64,000 nt of DNA, from positions 681,385 to 745,384 of the forward strand of contig JBAZSB010000001.1 in assembly GCA_041662625.1 (NCBI GenBank), written 5' to 3'. The notes under the pieces were generated by a model. The model worked only from the letters and a program-made list of their open reading frames with translations. It was not told where the DNA came from and searched no databases. Made by a program: the position numbers and the translations under genes. This DNA is from Patescibacteria group bacterium. Lineage in GTDB: Bacteria; Patescibacteriota; Patescibacteriia; Buchananbacterales; UBA6539. Shown here in pieces: positions 31,523-40,323 of the stretch (the first letter of the stretch is position 1; each line of letters starts with the position of its first letter).

Positions 31523-31894
31523 TTATTCTTCGCCTTTTAATTTCTTTTTACAAGCAACACAAGAACTGGAAGTCGGCCTGATTAGCAATCGCTTTTCTTC
31601 AATCGGTTGACCGCAATGCTTGCAGATTCCATATTTACCTTTAGCAACATTGTCTAAAGATTTATTAACATCACGAAGCTGCTTTTCTAAAGCGTGCTCC
31701 AAAGATAAACGATCGCTGTATTCCGCTACCTCGGCCGCATTCTCATCTTCTTTATTACCATACTCAGGAAATTCTGATTGGTAATTATCTTTGATCTTCA
31801 AATCTTTTTTGGTAAAATTAACCAATTCTTTTTCTAGATGCTTCTTTTCTTCTTCAAGACTCTTTTTAATTGTCTCTAAAGTTTGTTTATCCAT
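31523..31894 (-). CDS. dksA: TraR/DksA C4 zinc-finger protein
   Basis: Coiled coil plus YGICKHCG..I...RL...P....CVAC. Confidence 0.8.
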   Translation of the reverse strand: MDKQTLETIKKSLEEEKKHLEKELVNFTKKDLKIKDNYQSEFPEYGNKEDENAAEVAEYSDRLSLEHALEKQLRDVNKSLDNVAKGKYGICKHCGQPIEEKRLLIRPTSSSCVACKKKLKGEE

Positions 31895-32000
31895 ACTCTT
31901 GTTAGTTAACCTTATTTTATCTATATCCTTTTTTCTTTTCGCCAACCAATATAATTAGTATATCATTATTGGAGTATATCAACAAGGACTTAAGGTAAAA

Positions 32001-32356
32001 GAAAAAGGGCGGTTGTACCGCCCAAACTCTGTAAGTATGTGGCGTCCGCCCTTTAATAACCTCTGTCGGACGCCTGGGTGTTCAGTAGAGAGAAAACCAA
32101 ACTTGGTTTTCTGCCTGCTGAACACTCAGACATTGACCGCCAGAAGCGGCTAATGCTTCTACTGACTGAAGCGCTCCTCTACCTTTCTTTGGTTAGGACG
32201 CTCTTTTTAGGGTCCTGCAACCGCTATTTTTGTTTTTGTTTTTGTAGGATATAGTCAGCTGTATATCCCAATAAAGTTTAAGAATAGTAGAGAAGAAAAA
32301 AATTCCTCCAAATAAGACTTGGGGAAATCTTTCTAAGTTTTCAAAATAGCGGTTAT
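32001..32356 (-). ncRNA. Candidate ~350-nt structured non-coding RNA (unassigned)
   Basis: TTGACA-17-TATATT promoter (32391-32363), multiple long hairpins, terminator gggcggt/accgccc plus U tract at 32001-32023; no substantial ORF. Confidence 0.5.
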
Positions 32357-32398
32357 ATTATTAATATATCATAGATACATACCTATGTCAATATTAAT

Positions 32399-32502
32399 GG
32401 TGGATAAATAAAAAAATTGCTTTATTTTAGCAATTTTATTGTCTTTACAAAACAAAACAAATCTTGTTTATTAATTAATACATTATCAACATTTTATCCA
32501 CA
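32399..32502. promoter_or_regulatory. Cluster of DnaA-box-like 9-mers
   Basis: ggtggataa (32399), ttatcaaca (32483), perfect ttatccaca (32494). Confidence 0.4.
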
Positions 32503-32507
32503 TGCAG

Positions 32508-33968
32508 TTATAAGCCAAAAAGGCAGCCAAGGTTGGCTCCCAATGTGTATTCTTTAACCATAATCAGGCCAGCTGGCAGATAAACCTCATAGTCCTTTGG
32601 ACTATTGTTATTAAAAACCGAAAAACGATTGCTGACGCCACATTGTACCGTCAGATCATTCAAGTTGATATCAGTATTACTCAAAAATTCTTTTAGTAAG
32701 CCGGCTTTACTAGCAATAAAGAATTTATCACCCCGAGCTAAATAACTAATCTCAAAATTGAGTTTTGGTTCCGTCAAATAGTTAATTTCCGAATCGGTCT
32801 TTTGCCATTGCCAAATTTCGGGTTTAGCTAAGAGCTCAGTGACCGAACTGCCATCGGGTAACAAGTAAGCAACAGGCTTAGGTAATTTTTGAGCCAAAGT
32901 AATTTTTATTAACTCCTTAAAATTATTAATCTGTTCTTCTTCTAATTGAGGTAAAACCAAAATATAATCAAAGCCTAAAAAAGTATCTGTACCATCTTTA
33001 AAAACTATCAAATCAGCTGGCTGGTCTAAAAACTTAGTTGCCGCAGCTAAATCAAAATTATAGATTGACTTTAAGCTTTCGTCTGTCTGCTGAAAAAATT
33101 CCGGCCGGGCTGAATCAATATTACTCCAAGCTCCTAAAACCTCGGGTAAATTTACTCCCGAGATATAAAAACTAAAATTTTTAGGCAAAAATGTAACCAA
33201 GGGTTGATGTGAAGTGGTATTAAAAAAATTAATGCCACTTAACTTGAATCGCCATTGCCCTTGTCTTTTAAAAAAGGAAAGGTAAATGTCTTCTTTCATC
33301 AATTGCCCAAAAATTTTACTTGGCAAATCCGAACGTTTATTTAAATACGATTTTAAATTATCTGAATCAAGATATAAGCTTAATGGTGCTTTGCCAAATC
33401 TTTTCAAATTAACTTGCGTGGCTAAAGAAAAAATTGAACCCCCAGATACCGCTTCGATTCTGGCCAACGTCTTGGGATTACCAGCAACAACTAAAATGTT
33501 GCCTGGTAAAACTAACTTATTGGCAAATCGGGCAGAAATCGATCCCAACTCATCAGACGTTTTAAATTTAAAAATGAAAACTTGATCCAGACTACCATCT
33601 TCATTAGCCAAAATTACTAGGCCGGCTTGAAAAGACTTGGCTAATAAATCTTTCTGCAGATTAACCTGGGAGAAGATTTCATTTTTCTCAGTTACCTGAA
33701 AAAAATTGGGAAATGGTAAATCACTGATTGGTTGGTCTTGCCAAGGCCAAATTGCATCACGGGTGTGAACATACAAAATGGCATCAAGGGGAACTAACTT
33801 AATTAGGTAATCATTAGTCTGATAGTGCCACCAAAAATAAACCACTCCCGAAAAAATGAGGGAAAGAAAAATCCCTCCCAAAATTACTCCTGGCATCAAC
33901 TTTTTCCCAGGTAAAGATTTAACTTCTCCTGGTTTTTGAGGAGTCTGATTTTGAGAGGGACTTTCCAT
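32508..33968 (-). CDS. Membrane-anchored hypothetical protein
   Basis: 486-aa ORF, single N-terminal TM. Confidence 0.75.
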   Translation of the reverse strand: MESPSQNQTPQKPGEVKSLPGKKLMPGVILGGIFLSLIFSGVVYFWWHYQTNDYLIKLVPLDAILYVHTRDAIWPWQDQPISDLPFPNFFQVTEKNEIFSQVNLQKDLLAKSFQAGLVILANEDGSLDQVFIFKFKTSDELGSISARFANKLVLPGNILVVAGNPKTLARIEAVSGGSIFSLATQVNLKRFGKAPLSLYLDSDNLKSYLNKRSDLPSKIFGQLMKEDIYLSFFKRQGQWRFKLSGINFFNTTSHQPLVTFLPKNFSFYISGVNLPEVLGAWSNIDSARPEFFQQTDESLKSIYNFDLAAATKFLDQPADLIVFKDGTDTFLGFDYILVLPQLEEEQINNFKELIKITLAQKLPKPVAYLLPDGSSVTELLAKPEIWQWQKTDSEINYLTEPKLNFEISYLARGDKFFIASKAGLLKEFLSNTDINLNDLTVQCGVSNRFSVFNNNSPKDYEVYLPAGLIMVKEYTLGANLGCLFGL

Positions 33969-33991
33969 GTTTTTCTCCAGCGAGAATTATT

Positions 33992-36196
33992 TTAGAATCT
34001 TTTTTGACTGCGCTTGAAGAATCCTTTGTCTTTCCTTGGGGCAGAATCGGAATTAGAATCCCGATCGGATTTTGGCAATAAAGCTTTTATCGATAAATTA
34101 ATCCGACCCTTTTCATCAATTTTAATTACCTTAACTTTAACGACATCACCAATTTTGACAATATCAGAAACATTATTGACTCGATAGTTGGCAAGTTCGG
34201 AGATATGAACCATACCTTCCTGGCCGGGCAAAACTTCAACCATCGCCCCGAAGTCAAATAGCCGAGTGACTTTACCTTCAAAAACTTCACCAATTTCAAC
34301 TACTCGGACAATATTTTTAATCCATTCTTCAGCCTTTTTCCCGTTTTCACTATCAAGGGCGGTGATCATGACTAAGCCGTCGGGTTCAATATCAATTTGA
34401 ACGCCAGTCTGGGCGATAATTTCATTAATGACTTTGCCGCCCGGACCAATAACTTCCCGGATCTTGTCCGGATTAATGCTAAACGAAATAATCCGCGGCG
34501 CATAAGGCGAAAGGTCGGCTCGGGGGCTGCTGATAACTTTATCCATGGTTTTTAGAATCTCCGCCCTGGCCAAAGCGCCCTGTTCCAAAGTTTCCTTGAC
34601 TACAGCCAAAGGCAAACCTTTGGTTTTAGTATCCATTTGCATCGCGGTAATTCCGTCCTTGGTACCGGCGATTTTAAAGTCCATACCGCCGGCCCCGTCT
34701 TCCAAATCCTGCAAATCGGTCAAAACTTTGTATTTGCCTTTTTCTTCATCTGAGGCTAAACCCATGGCAATGCCGGCAACGGCTTTTTTAATCGGCACAC
34801 CGGCATCCATTAAAGCTAAACTTGAACCGCAGACTGAAGCCTGCGAAGAAGAACCATTTGAACCCAAGACTTCTGAAACAACCCGGATGGTGTAAGGAAA
34901 ATCTTCTTTAGCCGGAATTAAAGTCCGTAACGCTTTTTCGGCCAAAGCGCCATGGCCGATTTCCCGCCGGCCCGGTGAACCTAAACGGCCGGTTTCGCCG
35001 ACTGAATAAGGCGGAAAATTATAATGATGCATAAATCTCTTTCTGCCGCTTTCTTCCAAACCTTCCAAAAACTGTTCGTCGCCCGGCGCGCCTAAAGTCA
35101 CAATTGACAAAACTTGAGTTTCACCGCGGTTAAACAAAGCAGAGCCGTGAGTCCGCGGCAAAAGCGCAACCTGAACATCCAGCGGCCGGACTTCATTTAA
35201 TTTGCGGCCATCAACTCTTTTGCCATCCTCTAAAATAGCGCGGGTAACTTCTTTCTCCACAAATTCATCAAATAACGGTACGGCTTTTTTTCGCCGATCC
35301 TTGCCAATCCCCTCTTTTTCCAAATAAGCCAGCATCTCTTCTTCAGCCTTGACTAAAGCTTCCTTTCTTGAAGCCTTAGTATCTAATTTCTGATCAAATA
35401 AAATTTTGGGGATATTACTGCCAAGCCATTCTCCGACTTTCTTGACCAACTCTTTGTGGGATTCCGGCGTTTCTTCTTCTTCAGCGTTAAGCGGCAATGC
35501 TGGGGCAACTTTTGGTTTGCCAATGGCTTTGACTACCTCGTCAATTAAATCAATGATTTTTCTAATGTGTTTCAAAGAAAATTCAACGGCGTCATAAACC
35601 ACTTCTTCGCTGACTTCCAAAGCGTCCGCTTCTATCATTAAAACTTTATCTTTAATGGCGGCAATTACCAAATCCAATTCACTCTTTTCTCTTGCCTCAA
35701 AAGTCGGATTCAAAACCCATTCGCCGTCAATCCGACCGATGCGCAAACCGCCCAGCGGTCCGGCCCAGGGAATATTGGACATGGCTAAAGCCGCAGAAGC
35801 GGCGATTAAGCCGACAATATCCGAATCATTTTCCGCATCAAAAGACAAAACCGTTAAAATGACCTGAACTTCATTTTTAATATCCTTAGGGAAAAGCGGC
35901 CGAATACAACGATCAACCAAGCGCGAAGTTAAAATGGCTTCATCAGAAGGCCGACCCTCCCGTTTAATCCAGCGGCTGCCTTTGATTTTCCCGGCAGCAT
36001 ATAATCTTTCTTCGTAATCGACAGAAAGCGGAAAATAATTCACCCCTTCTCGAATCCCACCCATAACCGCCGTAGCTAAAACAACCGTATCGCCATAGCG
36101 TACGGTACAAGAACCATGAGCCTGCTGAGCCAGCTCATTGGTTTCAATAATTAATTTTTTTCCGGCAAAATCAGCCTCAAAAGTTTTTGGCTTCAT
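33992..36196 (-). CDS. pnp: Polyribonucleotide nucleotidyltransferase
   Basis: FPLSVDYEER, RTHGSALFNRGETQ, RREIGHGALA, MDFKIAGT, KH and S1 domains. Confidence 0.98.
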   Translation of the reverse strand: MKPKTFEADFAGKKLIIETNELAQQAHGSCTVRYGDTVVLATAVMGGIREGVNYFPLSVDYEERLYAAGKIKGSRWIKREGRPSDEAILTSRLVDRCIRPLFPKDIKNEVQVILTVLSFDAENDSDIVGLIAASAALAMSNIPWAGPLGGLRIGRIDGEWVLNPTFEAREKSELDLVIAAIKDKVLMIEADALEVSEEVVYDAVEFSLKHIRKIIDLIDEVVKAIGKPKVAPALPLNAEEEETPESHKELVKKVGEWLGSNIPKILFDQKLDTKASRKEALVKAEEEMLAYLEKEGIGKDRRKKAVPLFDEFVEKEVTRAILEDGKRVDGRKLNEVRPLDVQVALLPRTHGSALFNRGETQVLSIVTLGAPGDEQFLEGLEESGRKRFMHHYNFPPYSVGETGRLGSPGRREIGHGALAEKALRTLIPAKEDFPYTIRVVSEVLGSNGSSSQASVCGSSLALMDAGVPIKKAVAGIAMGLASDEEKGKYKVLTDLQDLEDGAGGMDFKIAGTKDGITAMQMDTKTKGLPLAVVKETLEQGALARAEILKTMDKVISSPRADLSPYAPRIISFSINPDKIREVIGPGGKVINEIIAQTGVQIDIEPDGLVMITALDSENGKKAEEWIKNIVRVVEIGEVFEGKVTRLFDFGAMVEVLPGQEGMVHISELANYRVNNVSDIVKIGDVVKVKVIKIDEKGRINLSIKALLPKSDRDSNSDSAPRKDKGFFKRSQKRF

Positions 36197-36211
36197 ACTA
36201 CAATCCTTTCT

Positions 36212-36308
36212 GGCTGATCTACCTAAATGACGTTACTAGTATTTACCTAGACCCCGATTCGCATCGGCGTCAAATAACTACTAACAACGTTTGTTGTATA
36301 AATCAGCC
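36212..36308 (-). promoter_or_regulatory. Long imperfect hairpin in pnp leader
   Basis: ggctgatctac...gtataaatcagcc closing an extended stem immediately 5' of pnp. Confidence 0.55.
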
Positions 36309-36324
36309 TAAATTTAATTTTTAA

Positions 36325-36876
36325 TTATCTTCTGGTTAATCTTTTAATGTCAGGGATAAACCGCATTTTTTTCTGACTGGTAATCAAATAATTTTTTAGA
36401 TCTTGGCCCAGGTCAATAAAATCATCCGCTGCATCAATTAATTTCGAAGAAGTCGTCTTACCAAAGGCAATCACCTCAACCTGACAACCTTTATTTTCTT
36501 TTAAATAAGTAACTAAAGGAATATAATCACCATCACCGGAAACTAAAACGACACTATCTAACTTATCGGCCATTTTAATCGCATCAATAGCGACACCAAC
36601 GTCCCAATCCGCTTTTTTTGCCCCACCGGCAAAAATTTGTAAATCTTTAGCCTTAACTTCAAAGCCTTGACTGCTTAAAGCGCCAAAAAAACCTCGCTCT
36701 TCTTCTGATTCAGAACGAATCACATAAGCGATAGCGCGAATTAGTTTTCGGCCGGCCGTAGCGGTTTTTAAAACTTCTTTAAAATTAACTTTGGCGCTAT
36801 ATAAATTTTTGGCCGAGTGATACATGTTGGCAACGTCAATAAAAACGCCAACTCTTTGTTCTCGATGTTTTATCAT
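36325..36876 (-). CDS. NYN domain (LabA/DUF88) protein
   Basis: VFIDVANMY, KADWDVGVAID, LVSGDGDY, ADDFIDL. Confidence 0.9.
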   Translation of the reverse strand: MIKHREQRVGVFIDVANMYHSAKNLYSAKVNFKEVLKTATAGRKLIRAIAYVIRSESEEERGFFGALSSQGFEVKAKDLQIFAGGAKKADWDVGVAIDAIKMADKLDSVVLVSGDGDYIPLVTYLKENKGCQVEVIAFGKTTSSKLIDAADDFIDLGQDLKNYLITSQKKMRFIPDIKRLTRR

Positions 36877-36969
36877 AGAATTATTTCTTAACACCCCGAG
36901 CGAACCTAAATTTATCAAAGTAGAGCCGAGGGGTGCTTGATCATAAATATAATTTTATAAAATTAAAAA

Positions 36970-37329
36970 TTATTCTGTCACTTCTTCAACCTCAGGTTCT
37001 TCGACTTCTAAATTTTCTTCCTGGTCGAGCAGTTTTTTCTCTTCCACTTCAGCCTGGGTCAAAACGACTTTTAACTTCAAATCTTTAATGAGTTTACTAT
37101 AAGCTTTCTCGTCTTCCCGTCTTAAATAATTTAAAAGCCGCCGGCGTTCAGCTACTTTCTTCAATAAGCCACGGCGGGAAGAAAAATCCTTTTTATGAGT
37201 TTTTAAGTGTTTGGTTAATTCCTTGATTTCTTCGGTCAAAATCGCGATTTGGACCTGGGAAGAACCGGTATCGCTGTTATGAGTCTTGTACTTAGCGATA
37301 ATCTTTTCCTTTTTCTTTTTGTTCAACAT
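36970..37329 (-). CDS. rpsO: 30S ribosomal protein S15 with acidic C-terminal extension
   Basis: DTGSSQVQIAILT...HKKDFSSRRGLLKKV..RRRLLNYL. Start taken at MLNKKK. Confidence 0.96.
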   Translation of the reverse strand: MLNKKKKEKIIAKYKTHNSDTGSSQVQIAILTEEIKELTKHLKTHKKDFSSRRGLLKKVAERRRLLNYLRREDEKAYSKLIKDLKLKVVLTQAEVEEKKLLDQEENLEVEEPEVEEVTE

Positions 37330-37491
37330 GTTAGCTTGGCCTTTCGGAGACGTTTTTCCAAGCTTTGTCGAAGACCTCAAGTGACCCCGAGCTTTTCAAA
37401 GGGAATCGAGAGGTCAAAATGGCAAAGCCGAGAAACCGTCTTTATTGATTAAATCATACTAGATAATAACATAACCCAATTTTATTGTCAA
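37330..37491 (-). promoter_or_regulatory. rpsO promoter and structured leader
   Basis: TTGACA-17-TATTAT (37491-37463); leader helices gctttg/caaagc, gacctc/gaggtc, gcttgg/ccaagc. Confidence 0.55.
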
Positions 37492-37553
37492 TATAAAGAA
37501 AAACTTCGCCGAAACGAAGCTTCTGATATTAGTCCTCCAAAAAAAGAGCGGGG

Positions 37554-38033
37554 TTAGATCCCTTGACTGGCAACCAGGAGAACGCCCTGATTTGCTTCCT
37601 CGGGTTTGGGCTGGGGTTTCAGCCGGCTGGGATCGATGACGAGGTAGATGGAGACAAAGGTGACGTGAATCGTCTCCTCGGCTTCCTTATTCCCTTCCGA
37701 TTCCCCTTCCGGTTCTTCATTAATCATTGTTGCCCACCGGTCTATGAGCGGGTCTCGGCTGGCTGGCGGGTTTGCCACGAGTAAGGGATAAGCTGGCATC
37801 GGCCGGCTCAAGCGATCTGATCGGTGGTGACCGTAGCTCAGATGGCCCCGGATTATACCATTAACTTCAGAGGTAAATCCATAGTTTGTAGTCGCTCTTT
37901 CCTTCAAACTGCCAATCTGTATTTGCTGGCAGTAAATCACCCCGCCTAAACCGGCGATTACTGCCACCAAAGCCAATACTCCTAAAGTCAGGCTCCGGTT
38001 GCTCCATCCACTGCTTGCTGGTTTCTCATACAT
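37554..38033 (-). CDS. Hypothetical membrane-anchored protein
   Basis: GGGAGGA SD, N-terminal TM. Confidence 0.6.
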   Translation of the reverse strand: MYEKPASSGWSNRSLTLGVLALVAVIAGLGGVIYCQQIQIGSLKERATTNYGFTSEVNGIIRGHLSYGHHRSDRLSRPMPAYPLLVANPPASRDPLIDRWATMINEEPEGESEGNKEAEETIHVTFVSIYLVIDPSRLKPQPKPEEANQGVLLVASQGI

Positions 38034-38165
38034 AACCGAGTCCTCCCTGGTTGTACAGCTTTTTAATTTAACACTTTTTAAATTTTATTGTCAATAAAAA
38101 AAGACTCCCACAAGAGGAGCCAAGGGCCAGGGTACAATTTCGAAACGAGAAGCCAGAAGCGGCTT

Positions 38166-38423
38166 CTAGTAAACACCCACGATGTTCGAACCGCCAACCA
38201 TCGCGCGAGTAGGACATTGGCCAAAACTGATTTCCTCGCCACTGGCCAGTCCGATCGAACGAAGGGTTGACGGGTAGCCAGGGACAATGTCCCGATGCCT
38301 TACTACAACGGGGCGGGCCGAAGGAAAGCCAATCTCTTTGCGACAGCAAAGCGTGATCGGGGCGCCAACAGCGACCCGTTTCAGAAATTCAATCACATCC
38401 TCAGTCATCATTTCACAAAACAT
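38166..38423 (-). CDS. Small hypothetical protein
   Basis: GGAGGG SD, own promoter-like sequence upstream, hairpin downstream. Confidence 0.45.
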   Translation of the reverse strand: MFCEMMTEDVIEFLKRVAVGAPITLCCRKEIGFPSARPVVVRHRDIVPGYPSTLRSIGLASGEEISFGQCPTRAMVGGSNIVGVY

Positions 38424-38551
38424 GGGCTAAGCCCTCCATAGTCCACCTCAGCCTAGTTGCTGAAGTTTGCTTATTATATCTTATTGTCTAACCACGAACT
38501 TGTCAATAAAAAAATTCCTCTTGGCAAAACCGGCCAAGTGTCGTAAAATGA

Positions 38552-38636
38552 AGTTAGAAAGTAGACCGGTAGATTGGTAGAACGGTAGGCAGCTCAATTA
38601 AATTCCTACCGATCTACTCCCCTACCAACCTAACCT
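38552..38636. repeat. Inverted octamer-repeat hairpin upstream of xerC
   Basis: (ggtagaNN)n ... (cctaccNN)n. Confidence 0.6.
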
Positions 38637-39551
38637 ATGGAAAAACTCATCCGCCAATTTCTCGAATACCTTGAGGTCGAACGCGGCCGCAGTCTTAATA
38701 CTATTCAAAACTACGATTTTTATCTTAAGCGTTTTTTAAACTGGTCAAAAATAAATTCCCCAAGCCAAATTAATCAGGACCTGATCCGGACCTACCGGCT
38801 TTGGCTGAACCGACAAACCGACCGTTTGGGTAAACCATTAAAAAAATCCACCCAAAACTACCATTTAATTGCCCTCCGGTCATTTTTAAAATATCTGTCT
38901 AAGCAAGATGTTAAATCTTTTGCTCCCGAAAAAATTGAGCTGGCCAAGATGCCGGAAAGGCAAGTGGAATTTTTGGAAGGTGATGATTTGGAAAGATTAC
39001 TTGAAGCGCCTTTAAAAACTAGCGAGTCAAAAATTATCCAGTTGCGCGATAAAGCGATTTTGGAATTACTCTTTTCTACCGGCCTGCGGGTATCAGAGCT
39101 GGCTAACTTAAAAAAAGATCAAATCAATTTGAAAAAAGATGAATTTACCATTCGGGGCAAAGGCGAAAAACTGCGGGTGGTCTTTTTGTCCAACCAGACT
39201 AAATATTGGCTTAAACTTTACTCCGAAGCCCGGCGCGACCTTTCACCAAGTTTATTTGTCCGAGCTGATCGGGCTAAAGGCAAAAAAGACCCGGAAAATC
39301 TGACGCCCCGAAGCATCCAAAGGCTGATCAAAAAATATTCCAAAGCCGCTGGCATCACCAAAAAAGTTACACCTCATACCATGAGACATTCTTTTGCCAC
39401 TGACTTATTGATTAACGGCGCTGACATCCGTTCGGTCCAAGCGATGCTGGGCCATGCTTCAATCACCACCACCCAAATTTACACCCATATTACCAATCAG
39501 CAACTAAGGGAAGTTTATAAAACATTTCATCAGCGTCGTAAAAAGGGTTGA
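38637..39551 (+). CDS. xerC: Tyrosine recombinase XerC/XerD family
   Basis: SAM-like N-domain, LFSTGLRVSEL, IRGKG, HTMRHSFAT, LGHASITTTQIYTH. Confidence 0.85.
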   Translation: MEKLIRQFLEYLEVERGRSLNTIQNYDFYLKRFLNWSKINSPSQINQDLIRTYRLWLNRQTDRLGKPLKKSTQNYHLIALRSFLKYLSKQDVKSFAPEKIELAKMPERQVEFLEGDDLERLLEAPLKTSESKIIQLRDKAILELLFSTGLRVSELANLKKDQINLKKDEFTIRGKGEKLRVVFLSNQTKYWLKLYSEARRDLSPSLFVRADRAKGKKDPENLTPRSIQRLIKKYSKAAGITKKVTPHTMRHSFATDLLINGADIRSVQAMLGHASITTTQIYTHITNQQLREVYKTFHQRRKKG

Positions 39552-39689
39552 CTTTAATTGTTTTTTTTGCTATAATTAATCGGTGTAAATTTTTAATTTC
39601 GAATTTCGAATTTTGATTCAATATTATAATATTTTAATATTCAAAATTGATTCAAAATTAAAAATTAAAAATTCTAAATTAATCGCCTT

Positions 39690-39766
39690 GTCCCAGTAGC
39701 TCAACTGGATAGAGCAACAGCCTTCTAAGCTGTAGGTTGAAGGTCCGAGTCCTTCCTGGGACGCCA
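39690..39766 (+). tRNA. tRNA-Arg(TCT)
   Basis: Acceptor gtcccag/ctgggac, anticodon loop cttctaa, encoded CCA. T-loop is TCCGAGT rather than TTCG. Confidence 0.92.
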
Positions 39767-39767
39767 A

Positions 39768-39841
39768 GCGCCCATAGCTCAACTGGATAGAGCATCAGCT
39801 TCCGGAGCTGGGGGTTGTAGGTTCAAATCCTACTGGGCGCA
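39768..39841 (+). tRNA. tRNA-Arg(CCG)
   Basis: Acceptor gcgccca/tgggcgc, loop ttccgga, T arm gtagg-ttcaaat-cctac. Confidence 0.92.
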
Positions 39842-39880
39842 CTATTCCAGATTTGACTTTACACATTTATATAGGAAGGT

Positions 39881-39964
39881 GCGCACCCGCCTCTGGCGGG
39901 CAATGGATAGAATGTGGGCTTCCGGAGTCCCGACTGCGTCGGGATTCGATTCCTACTGGGAGCG
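39881..39964 (+). pseudogene. Degenerate tRNA-Arg(CCG) copy overwritten by two short palindromes
   Basis: Keeps tggataga, gcttccggag, ttcgattcctactggg; contains cccgcctctggcggg and tcccgactgcgtcggga. Confidence 0.7.
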
Positions 39965-39985
39965 ATGGCGATGGCAAGTAGGAAA

Positions 39986-40057
39986 GCAGGTTCTCCGCCA
40001 CATTATCAAATTACAAAAAGGCGGATCCGCCTCTGGCGGAAAGTCCTGCTGGGCGCG
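39986..40057 (+). pseudogene. tRNA-Arg-like 3' fragment interrupted in the T-loop by a 47-bp palindrome (39994-40040)
   Basis: gcagg-ttc[insert]aagt-cctgc-tgggcgcg. Confidence 0.75.
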
Positions 40058-40142
40058 AATAATAACTTTTAACATTTGACAATTAACTATTAGCAGTAAA
40101 GCTTAAAGTTAAAAGTCAAATGTTAACTGCTAATTGTTATAT

Positions 40143-40177
40143 GGTGGCCATGGTGAAATGGTTATCACTAGAGTTTG
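40143..40177 (+). repeat. Exact 35-bp copy of the 5' half of tRNA-His
   Basis: ggtggccatggtgaaatggttatcactagagtttg identical to 40251-40285. Confidence 0.9.
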
Positions 40178-40250
40178 CCTGCCCGACGGCCAAACTAAAA
40201 ATTCGTAAAAATAATTTAATACAAAAATTCCTAATTCTAGGGCGCAAAAG

Positions 40251-40323
40251 GGTGGCCATGGTGAAATGGTTATCACTAGAGTTTGTGGCACTCTCGTTAC
40301 GGGTTCGATTCCCGTTGGCCACC
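40251..40323 (+). tRNA. tRNA-His(GTG), no encoded CCA at this position
   Basis: G-1 plus acceptor gtggcca/tggccac, C discriminator, anticodon arm agagt-ttgtggc-actct, T arm acggg-ttcgatt-cccgt. Confidence 0.93.

Noticed and set aside
32140-32190. AGAGGAGCGC...AGTA (minus strand) as a lysine riboswitch or T-box
   Set aside because: Downstream conserved elements are not evident and no amino-acid gene follows.
32399-32502. Replication origin
   Set aside because: Only one perfect DnaA box and no dnaA/dnaN nearby; not enough to call oriC.
38637-39551. xerC-like gene as the island integrase
   Set aside because: It looks like a housekeeping Xer, lies outside the att-bounded segment, and the LSR explains the boundaries.
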